Assembly (NCBI GenBank): GCA_964563935.1 | Contig: CAZLZE010000002.1 | Coordinates: forward strand, 6,205 to 70,204 | Source of the DNA: an uncultured Phycisphaerae bacterium | GTDB taxonomy: Bacteria; Planctomycetota; Phycisphaerae; JAAYCJ01 | Direction of reading: 5' to 3' | DNA: 64,000 nt | In this document: one piece after another, positions 56,407 through 64,000 of the stretch | Layout of the letters: every line of letters begins with the position of its first letter | How positions within the stretch are numbered: the stretch's first letter is position 1 | Notes under the pieces: generated by a model | The model's database searches: none | What the model saw: the letters and a program-made list of their open reading frames with translations, nothing else | What the model was told of the DNA's origin: nothing | Position numbers and translations under genes: made by a program

Positions 56407-58809
56407 ATGAAAATCGCTTATGTGTTGACCACATTTCCATCGCATACGGAAACCTTCGCCGCAAGGGAGATCGACTGCCTGACGCGGATGGGGCACACCA
56501 TCACCATCCTGGCCGCCAATCGTGACACGACCGCTTCCACGCAACCTCATAGCCACCCCGTCTTCTATCGACCCGCCGTCTGCTCTCCCACAACCGCAGC
56601 CTCCATCCTCTTCCTGCTCCGGCACTATCCCCTGGGGATCATCAGGTATTTCGGCTTGATCCTCCATCTCCTGTTCGTCTCTCCATACGAAGCCAAAGTG
56701 CTCCTCAGCAACTTCCACACCCTCGCCTGGTTCGCCAGGGTCCTCGACGATTACTCCATATCCATCCTTCACGCCTACTTCCTCAGTTGGCCCGCGTGCA
56801 TCACTCTCGCCCTCGCCAAAATCACAGGTCGCGAGTTCAGTATCGCAGCCCACGCCAGGGACATCTTCGTCGAACCCGGAGCGCTAACTCTCAAGGCTAC
56901 CCACGCCCGGTTCATCGTCACCTGTACCGATCAAGGACTCTCACATCTAAAAACACGCCTCCCCAAGCATCTCCACCACAAACTACACCTCACCCATCAC
57001 GGAATCCCATCCGCCATCTGCGACATCGGCGATCCGGAACCCCGTCCGCTCTGCCGCCAGTTCCTGGCCGTCGGACGCCTCGTCCCCAAAAAGGGCTTTA
57101 ACATCCTCCTGCAGGCCTTCGCCAGAATCGCACCCCAACTGCCGCATCACAAATTGCTCATCGTCGGCGACGGTCCGGACCTCCCGCTCCTCCGGAACAT
57201 GCTCGCATTCCTCCGCCTGGAAGACAAAGTCCATCTCCTCGGGCGAAAGAACCACGCCAACACCCTCGAACTGATGTACCGGTCCGATGCCCTTATCGTC
57301 CCCTCCGTCATCGCGGATGACGGCGATCGCGACGGAATCCCCAACGTCATCCTCGAGGCCTTCGCATTCGAAGTCCCCGTAATCGCCAGCCGTCTGAACG
57401 GAATCACCGAAGCCGTCATCGATGGTCACACCGGCCTGCTCGTTACACCCGGCGACCCTCACGCCCTCGCTTCCGCAATCCTCCATCTCGCCGACAACCG
57501 GCAACTGTCCCGAATCTTCGCCGGTAACGCCCGCCAAACGCTCCAAACAAAATTCGATCTCGATGAAAATGTCGGGCGTCTGGCCTCGCTCTTCCGGAAC
57601 ACCGGCGTCCATCCACCTCTTCGGATCGCCCATGTTTCCGAACCCATGAGTGGGGGCATTGCCACTTACTTCACACACACCCTCCCCGCCCTGGTCCGGC
57701 AAGGGTTCGATATGACCCTCATATGTCCGCCCCAACAGAACCCGCACGCCGTCGAAATTCTCCGATCACTCCAGAACAACGGCGTCACCATTCTGCCGCT
57801 GCCCATGACCAAACGCATACACTTCCTTCGAGACCTCCAGGCGTTCATCCGCCTGTGCAGGCTTCTCGCATCCGAACGCTTCGATATCGTCCATACCCAC
57901 AGTTCAAAAGCCGGCGTCCTCGCTCGACTGGCCGCCTTCCTCACGGGCACGCCAGTCCTCATACACACCCCCCATTGCTTCGCCTTCTTGCGCCAGCCAC
58001 GCCGAATCAAACGTCTCCTGTACTTTCACATCGAGAAATTCCTCAGCCAAATCACTACCTGCTGCATCGCTGTCTCACACTCCGAAGCCGCGATGGTCGC
58101 CACACTCAACGAATCTGCCCGTCCATCCTGCAAAGTCGTGTTTAATGCCCTACCCGGCAAGTTCTCCTTCACGTACACCTCACTTAAGGCCCGACTCGGC
58201 ATTCCGCCAACGACCCGCGTCGTATCCACCTTCTGCCGTCTCGTCGAGGGCAAGGGAATCCTCCGATTCCTCCAGGCCGCACAATGCTCCCAAGCCGCCA
58301 ACACATGCTTCCTGATTGTCGGTGAAGGATACCTCAGATCACACGCCCTGCGATTCATCAAGGACAACCGCCTTGACCACAAAGTCTTCCTTACCGGATT
58401 CCTTAACCCTCCGGATGAAGCCTACGCCATCTCCGACGTGGTCGCCCTGTGCTCCGACGCCGAAGGCCAACCCTATACCCTCCTCGAAGCCATGCGGGCC
58501 ACGCGGGCCATCGTCGCCACCAGCGTCCCCGGAAATATCGAGCTTATTCGCCATAACGATACCGGGCTTCTCACCTCCAAAAATCCGTCCGATATCGCCT
58601 CGGAAATCGACCGCCTGCTGGCCGATGAACCGCTTCGCCGCCGACTCGCCCAAAACGCTCACTGCTGTTTTCTTCAACATCACGTACTTGACGATCAGAT
58701 CGCCAAACTAACGGACATATACAAGTCTCTCTATCGCAAAAAACCGCAGGAAAACCATGCCACATTCACCACCGGATATTGCCAAACCCAGATCCCTCAC
58801 GACGCGTGA
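56407..58809 (+). CDS. Tandem double GT4 glycosyltransferase
   Basis: Domain 1: VGRLVPKKG..DGIPNVILEAF. Domain 2: HTHSSKAG..EGQPYTLLEAM. Confidence 0.9.
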   Translation: MKIAYVLTTFPSHTETFAAREIDCLTRMGHTITILAANRDTTASTQPHSHPVFYRPAVCSPTTAASILFLLRHYPLGIIRYFGLILHLLFVSPYEAKVLLSNFHTLAWFARVLDDYSISILHAYFLSWPACITLALAKITGREFSIAAHARDIFVEPGALTLKATHARFIVTCTDQGLSHLKTRLPKHLHHKLHLTHHGIPSAICDIGDPEPRPLCRQFLAVGRLVPKKGFNILLQAFARIAPQLPHHKLLIVGDGPDLPLLRNMLAFLRLEDKVHLLGRKNHANTLELMYRSDALIVPSVIADDGDRDGIPNVILEAFAFEVPVIASRLNGITEAVIDGHTGLLVTPGDPHALASAILHLADNRQLSRIFAGNARQTLQTKFDLDENVGRLASLFRNTGVHPPLRIAHVSEPMSGGIATYFTHTLPALVRQGFDMTLICPPQQNPHAVEILRSLQNNGVTILPLPMTKRIHFLRDLQAFIRLCRLLASERFDIVHTHSSKAGVLARLAAFLTGTPVLIHTPHCFAFLRQPRRIKRLLYFHIEKFLSQITTCCIAVSHSEAAMVATLNESARPSCKVVFNALPGKFSFTYTSLKARLGIPPTTRVVSTFCRLVEGKGILRFLQAAQCSQAANTCFLIVGEGYLRSHALRFIKDNRLDHKVFLTGFLNPPDEAYAISDVVALCSDAEGQPYTLLEAMRATRAIVATSVPGNIELIRHNDTGLLTSKNPSDIASEIDRLLADEPLRRRLAQNAHCCFLQHHVLDDQIAKLTDIYKSLYRKKPQENHATFTTGYCQTQIPHDA

Positions 58810-60349
58810 CGGAAAACTGCTGATGCTCGTCTTTGGTCTTTCCGCCGTCACCGTCGGAACCAAACTCCTCGGTTTCGCCGAAAAAATCGTCGTCGCTCAC
58901 TACTTCGGAACCACGCACGTCGCCGATGTCTACTTCGCCGTCGTCGCGCTCGCGATATCCCTGGTCTTCCTCCTCAGAGAACTCGTCTATCCCTCTCTGC
59001 TTCCGGTCTTCACCCGAGCCCTGGCAACCTCTCCTGATTCCACCGCCGGCCTTTTCAAACGATGCCTCTTCACTGCCGGCGCCATACTCATCTGCATAGG
59101 TATTCCCCTTTCTCTTCAACCCCGAATCTTCCTGACTCTTCTGCTTCCCGGATTCACTCCCGCTCAGCAAAATACTGCCGCCCCGCTCATACGCTCGTTG
59201 GGCCCCGCTATCGCCTTCCTCGGACTCATGACCGTGACCTCCGCAGCCCTCAATGCCCGACGCCGCTTCGTCATCTCCGCCCTCGGCGATTTCACCTTCA
59301 AGTTCCTCCTCATCGCCGGCTACATCGTCCTCGTACCTGCCATGGGAATCTCCTGCACATCCCTCGTCATGGGCGCCTGCGCCCTCCTTGCCCTCCTGTT
59401 CCATCTGATATTTCTACCCGACTCCCGACACATTCTCACTCGCGGATCAGAAGATTCCTCGCGACTCTTTCGCGATGTCCTGAAACTCGCGTGTCCTCTG
59501 ATCCTTGGCGTGCTCTTTTCCCACTTCACCGACCTCATGGACAACCTCCTGGCCTCCCGGCTGCCCACAGGCCAACTCTCCTGCTTGACCTACGCCAAAA
59601 AACTCGTCGATGCCATCCTCCTCGTCGGACCCGTCGTCTTCGTCACCATCACCTATCCCCGATTGTCCGACCTCGCCGCACGAAATCGCAACGCGGAATT
59701 CACTGCGACTATGCTAAACGCATTCAGAATCATCCTGTTCATCACCGTCCCCCTCGCCTGCCTTCTCATCCAACTGCGAATCCCGATCAACCAGGTCCTG
59801 TTCCAACATGGACGTTTCGATCTCACCTCAACTCTCGGAACGTCCACCGCGCTATCCCTGTACGCCCTGGGCCTGCCCGTGCTCGCCCTCGACGGCCTGC
59901 TCGTTCACAGCTTCTTCGCCCTGCAGGACACACGCACACCCGTTATCATCGGTATCGCGTGCGCCATCCTCAATATCGTCCTGGCGATACTTCTCTCCCA
60001 CTACCTCCAATACCTGGGAATCGCCTTCGCCCTCATCCTCTCCAAGACCGTTAAAATCGCCATCCTGTATTCCTTGCTGGCCCGGCAAATCGAAGGCTTC
60101 AAGTCCCCAACTCTTTTCCGCTTCATGGCAAAGCTGCTCACCACCACTCTCGTCCTGGCCCGCGCCGTCCATTGCATGACCCCCGCGGAAAGTGGCGCCA
60201 CCCCCCTCTATCGTGTTGCCCTGCGACACCTTCTGATGCCCACATTGGCCGGTCTGACAACCTTCACCGTCGCGGCATGGCTCATGAAAATCCAGGAAGC
60301 CCGCCAGCTCATAACCTTGTGCAAAGACAGATTTATCCCGGGAGAATAG
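58757..60349 (+). CDS. MurJ/MviN-family lipid-linked glycan flippase
   Basis: KLLGFAEKIVVAHYFGT..ADVYF, LTYAKKL, LFQHGRFD, FFALQDTRTP; many TM helices. Confidence 0.85.
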   Translation: MPHSPPDIAKPRSLTTRDGKLLMLVFGLSAVTVGTKLLGFAEKIVVAHYFGTTHVADVYFAVVALAISLVFLLRELVYPSLLPVFTRALATSPDSTAGLFKRCLFTAGAILICIGIPLSLQPRIFLTLLLPGFTPAQQNTAAPLIRSLGPAIAFLGLMTVTSAALNARRRFVISALGDFTFKFLLIAGYIVLVPAMGISCTSLVMGACALLALLFHLIFLPDSRHILTRGSEDSSRLFRDVLKLACPLILGVLFSHFTDLMDNLLASRLPTGQLSCLTYAKKLVDAILLVGPVVFVTITYPRLSDLAARNRNAEFTATMLNAFRIILFITVPLACLLIQLRIPINQVLFQHGRFDLTSTLGTSTALSLYALGLPVLALDGLLVHSFFALQDTRTPVIIGIACAILNIVLAILLSHYLQYLGIAFALILSKTVKIAILYSLLARQIEGFKSPTLFRFMAKLLTTTLVLARAVHCMTPAESGATPLYRVALRHLLMPTLAGLTTFTVAAWLMKIQEARQLITLCKDRFIPGE

Positions 60350-60350
60350 C

Positions 60351-60977
60351 GTGACTGCCACAGCATCATTCCAACCCAGAGTCTTCACTGTCCTCCGCGT
60401 CTGCCGGACCGCCCTTCCCTTACTCGGTATTTCACTCGCCTGCGCCATGTGCCTCCTGACCAGAAAAGAAATTGCCATCACTCACCCCTCGCTCCTGGTC
60501 TTTGCCTCTCTGATATTGATTCTCCCCATCAGATTTCCCCCCGGCTCCACCGTGCGTACAATAATGGCACTGTTTCTCTCATTCGTGCCTATTGACCAGA
60601 TCGCCGGCACTCCCCACACCGTCTCCATCTTCGGAACAAATCTGCTTGTATCGTTATCGCTCCCCGTTCTGATCCTGTGTGCCGCGGGCCGATGCTTTGG
60701 AACGTCCCAAACCGACAACACCCGCGACACACCCCTCCCTTATATCGCCACCGTCCTCATCGGACTGATACTGACCCATCTGGGCGTCTTGTATGTTCTC
60801 CTGACCCGATTCTACAACTATGGCCACGAGCGCGACATCCCCATCATCGGACACAGTATCCTCTTCATGCTCCTGTTCCTCTGCCTCCGCGACGTCCTGG
60901 CATCAACCCCCTTTCGACGGATCCTGGCAACCATCCTTCTACCCTTCTACATCCTCTATTCAATCATGGGAAACTAA
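60351..60977 (+). CDS. Hypothetical integral membrane protein
   Basis: Several hydrophobic helices; coupled to both neighbours (GTG start, TAATG overlap). Confidence 0.7.
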   Translation: MTATASFQPRVFTVLRVCRTALPLLGISLACAMCLLTRKEIAITHPSLLVFASLILILPIRFPPGSTVRTIMALFLSFVPIDQIAGTPHTVSIFGTNLLVSLSLPVLILCAAGRCFGTSQTDNTRDTPLPYIATVLIGLILTHLGVLYVLLTRFYNYGHERDIPIIGHSILFMLLFLCLRDVLASTPFRRILATILLPFYILYSIMGN

Positions 60978-62233
60978 TGCTCATGCCGATTCCAAACAGA
61001 CAACATAATATTGCATATGCCTGTCCCCTTTCCTGCTGCCTGACCGCCCTGGCCATATTCGCTTCCGCGTTCCACTTCTGGCCCCTGGGCAAAAACCCGA
61101 TCTGGCAACTCCTCGCCCCATCAAACACTGCCGTCCTTATCTGGCTCCTTCTCGCTGTCCCCCTCTTGCTGCCAAGACAACATCGCAAGTCCGTGGTCGC
61201 CCTACTCCCCCATTCCAGCGTCTTCGCTTTCCTCGCCGTCACCGGCTTGTCCATCGCCTTCTCTCCCAACCTCGCTCGTTCTCTCAGCGTGCTGTTCAAG
61301 CAAGCTCTTATCCTCATCGGCGCATTCGCCCTCTTCCGCTGCGCATTTCGCCACTGGACGTCCATCCGACTGCCCATTGCCTTGGCCTCGCTCACACTCA
61401 CCGTCACCCTCATCGCCTGCTTCGTCTCCCGATTCATGCTTCACTCACCCAGCTTCGGATTCCACGTCAATCCTCACAAATACGCCACCTTCGTCGCCAT
61501 ACTGGCGCCCATGATCGTCGTCTATTTCCTCCTCGGCCAGTCCATGCGATCAAAAGGCCTGGGCATGCTTCTCCTCGTAGCTTCCGTCCTTTCTTCCGGC
61601 ACCATCGGCCTCGTCTGCGCCATCCTCGCCGGACTTCTTCTCGCAATAATACTCACGCCCAGCCTCCGTTCCCGATTGTCTCTCCTCATCGCCCTGTTCC
61701 TCACCGTCGGAACCGCCTTCGTCCTTCTGCACACGCCCTTCGGGTCCTCCCTCACTGCCGATCTCCTTCTCTCAGAAAACGACAAAATCAACCTCAAACA
61801 ACGCTACATCGAATGGCAGGCGGAGCTGAATCTCCTGGAAAAACGCGCCAGCACAGGAACCGGCGCAGGCTGCCTCAATGACTATCGCAGCGAATTCTAT
61901 GGCCGCCTGCCCAAACTCAACACACTCAATACCTTCGACCAAAACGGATGGCTCGCCACCGCCGCCGAAACCGGTCTCCTCGGACTCCTGTCCCTCATCT
62001 GGATCCTCACTCACTACCTCTCGCTCACACATCAAGCCTTCAAACAGGCTCGAGCCCTTGCAGACAATAACTCACTGCGAATCCTTATCGCCGTCCAAGC
62101 CTCACTCTTCAGCGCCGCTGTCGCCCATCTCTTCTCGTCCTTCTTCTTCAACGGCATCCTCATCGCCTTCATCTTCGTTCTTGCCCTCGCTGCTCACGTT
62201 GTCGATTCCCATCAGGAGTACGTGTATGAGTAA
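60977..62233 (+). CDS. O-antigen ligase / polymerase (Wzy_C) family protein
   Basis: Many TM helices; NPHKYATF, RYIEW..GTGAG, NGWLATAAETGLLG. Confidence 0.8.
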   Translation: MLMPIPNRQHNIAYACPLSCCLTALAIFASAFHFWPLGKNPIWQLLAPSNTAVLIWLLLAVPLLLPRQHRKSVVALLPHSSVFAFLAVTGLSIAFSPNLARSLSVLFKQALILIGAFALFRCAFRHWTSIRLPIALASLTLTVTLIACFVSRFMLHSPSFGFHVNPHKYATFVAILAPMIVVYFLLGQSMRSKGLGMLLLVASVLSSGTIGLVCAILAGLLLAIILTPSLRSRLSLLIALFLTVGTAFVLLHTPFGSSLTADLLLSENDKINLKQRYIEWQAELNLLEKRASTGTGAGCLNDYRSEFYGRLPKLNTLNTFDQNGWLATAAETGLLGLLSLIWILTHYLSLTHQAFKQARALADNNSLRILIAVQASLFSAAVAHLFSSFFFNGILIAFIFVLALAAHVVDSHQEYVYE

Positions 62234-63380
62234 ATTCCGCGTCCTCAATCCAATCCTGATCACTGCCGGCGTCTTCGCTTATCTTCTCTCCGCCGTACAA
62301 GTCAACAATCGCGACACCCACAACATCAGTATCGACCTCAGCAAGCCTCTGAAAATCGAATGGCCCTTCGAAATCGCTGGCGTCGGCGAAGAAGGCGAGC
62401 GGGGCCTGCGAATCGGACCAAAAATCGGGCGAGGATGGAAAAACGAAGCGGGCGGAAAGGCATTCTACCGATTCTACGTCCCCGAAAAAGACGAATACAC
62501 CTTCTGGGCCCAAAGCCTGTGGCATGGCGCCTGCTCCAACGCTATCTACGCCAAAATCGACAACCTTGACAAAGGAATCATCGGCAACAATCCCGTCTAC
62601 AACCGCTGGCATTGGGTTCGAAGCTTCAGTCTGTCCCTCGACAAAGGAACCCACACCCTCGAGCTATCCAACCACGACGACAATGTCGCCTTGCGAAAAG
62701 TCTTCCTCACAAATTCCCAAACCACCACCCCCGCCGACGCCTCGGAAATCTTCGGCGACATCTTCTACGACGGGTTCGACGGCTGCGGAAGGGGAAACTT
62801 CGAAATGTGGAAAGTCATCTCTGGTAAATGGAACGTCCAGAACCCCTGCAACCCCAAGAACACATCCCAGAACTTCCTCATCGGAACTTCCGACGCATCG
62901 GCCATGGTCATCATGAACAAGGGCAAGTGGTCCGAGTACACGCTCAGCGCCTCCTTCAAGCCCATCACCCTGGGCAGCCCCGATTCCGCCATCGGAATCT
63001 GCTTCGGCCTCAAAAACCGCTTCGACTATTACTGCATCCAATACTCGTCCTCGCCGAACGATCGCCAAGCCAAAATCCAGGTCCTGCACAACTCCATCGC
63101 CGGCACCCAACTGCTCGCTACCTTCGAAATGCCCACCGAAAAAGACGCCTGGCACAAACTCGATATCCTCCCATCCCAAAAGCAATTCGTCCTCAAATAT
63201 GACTCCACCCCGCCCAGGACCATCACCCTGCCCAAACCCGTCGCCGGCGGAATCGGCTTTGTCCTCCAGGGAAAAACCACCGCCTACTTCGATGATGTCC
63301 ACGTCCAGCAAACCGAAAAAAATCGCCCGCGAGCCGATCGGCCGGCGAAAGACCAACGCGTTGATACCGCCAATCCCTAA
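62226..63380 (+). CDS. Secreted/anchored protein with CBM-like and concanavalin/DUF1080-like domains
   Basis: Hydrophobic N-terminus; YTFWAQ..WHWVR..LDKGTHTLEL; FYDGFD..WKVISGKW..KWSEYTLSASF. Confidence 0.65.
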   Translation: MSKFRVLNPILITAGVFAYLLSAVQVNNRDTHNISIDLSKPLKIEWPFEIAGVGEEGERGLRIGPKIGRGWKNEAGGKAFYRFYVPEKDEYTFWAQSLWHGACSNAIYAKIDNLDKGIIGNNPVYNRWHWVRSFSLSLDKGTHTLELSNHDDNVALRKVFLTNSQTTTPADASEIFGDIFYDGFDGCGRGNFEMWKVISGKWNVQNPCNPKNTSQNFLIGTSDASAMVIMNKGKWSEYTLSASFKPITLGSPDSAIGICFGLKNRFDYYCIQYSSSPNDRQAKIQVLHNSIAGTQLLATFEMPTEKDAWHKLDILPSQKQFVLKYDSTPPRTITLPKPVAGGIGFVLQGKTTAYFDDVHVQQTEKNRPRADRPAKDQRVDTANP

Positions 63381-63390
63381 AACCCAATAC

Positions 63391-63418
63391 AAAAGGGGCG
63401 GCCACAAGAACCGCCCCT
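63391..63418 (-). terminator. Intrinsic terminator for the minus-strand SGNH gene
   Basis: AGGGGCGG (63394-63401) pairs with CCGCCCCT (63411-63418); T run follows on the minus strand. Confidence 0.75.
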
Positions 63419-63451
63419 GCAACATCACATCGATTTTGCCCCCGCCAACCG

Positions 63452-64000
63452 CTAATGTCCGGGAGGCATAATCACATACGGCGCAACATTGTAATACGTC
63501 GCCCCCGGCGTCGGCGTATATCCCGATGCCGTCAGAATCTGCTGATCCGTCATCGGCTGGAATGTCGTCCCGTACATGCGATTAACCCCGTTGATAAACA
63601 GATTGGCGAGCAAACCCGTAAACACCGGACCTGGATGAATCCCATCGCTGTAAAACATATTCCGCATCGGAATCGTCACGCCCGCCAGAACGAAATTGCT
63701 CTTCGGCGAACTGGGCGTCCCCATGATGGAGTTCTGAAGCCCAATCACGTCCAGGTAAACCCATATCCGCGACGCGGCAATGCTCTTGAGATTGTTATTA
63801 AACGAAATAGCCGCATTGCGATACTTCGTCGCACTCCCCCAATATGCCGCCCAAAGATAGTCCGAGATCGCGGGCATCCGCGTAATATCCGGGCACCCGA
63901 ACAGAATCATCTCCGTACCCGTCGGACTGCCCGCCACACCGGCCACCGTGTTGATCGCCGTCGCGCAATTGCTGTTCATCGCCGGAACGATCACGCTCGG
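63452..64000 (-). CDS. SGNH/GDSL-family hydrolase, 5'-partial
   Basis: Block V FYSDGIHP; PDIT..P; frame is open to the window edge. Confidence 0.75.
   Translation of the reverse strand, partial: PSVIVPAMNSNCATAINTVAGVAGSPTGTEMILFGCPDITRMPAISDYLWAAYWGSATKYRNAAISFNNNLKSIAASRIWVYLDVIGLQNSIMGTPSSPKSNFVLAGVTIPMRNMFYSDGIHPGPVFTGLLANLFINGVNRMYGTTFQPMTDQQILTASGYTPTPGATYYNVAPYVIMPPGH

Noticed and set aside
58757-60349. Housekeeping peptidoglycan murJ
   Set aside because: Divergent sequence within a GT4/ligase operon suggests a dedicated glycan flippase; gene symbol withheld.

Overview
A 64-kb bacterial window, probably from a Planctomycetota (Phycisphaerae-like) genome; this taxonomy is inferred from gene content only. 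Left to right: (1) the 3' end of a glycoside hydrolase, tRNA-His(GTG) and an APH/homoserine-kinase-II-type phosphotransferase, with short palindromic repeat elements around them; (2) a four-gene cassette (2516-7300) of a MauE/DoxX-thioredoxin fusion, a secreted 15-Cys protein with BOTH a signal peptide and a double-glycine-type leader, a membrane-anchored secreted protein, and a transporter-less C39 peptidase fused to a DUF1573-like domain. This is the best candidate for an undescribed system: extracytoplasmic maturation of a disulfide-rich peptide. (3) Two BNR/sialidase-family genes and a GH-like gene; (4) a diguanylate cyclase, fumarate hydratase alpha subunit, pseudouridine synthase and REC-XRE regulator; (5) a type II secretion cluster (E-F-G-H-I-J-K-L-M-C-D, no prepilin peptidase); (6) a ~35-kb divergent surface-glycan/acylation locus: ACP, two adenylating ligases, SDR, hydrolase pair, DUF1796, TPR proteins, sulfatase-like protein, GNAT, ABC-2 transporter, BshB1/BshC-like pair, GT2, GT4s, MurJ-like flippase and O-antigen-ligase-like protein, with several tandem paralog pairs and a strong C>G skew on the + strand; (7) a partial SGNH hydrolase. 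No CRISPR array, rRNA, integrase or transposase was seen. Protein family calls come from motif recognition by eye, not database searches. Several start codons were moved from the ORF track using RBS and overlap evidence.
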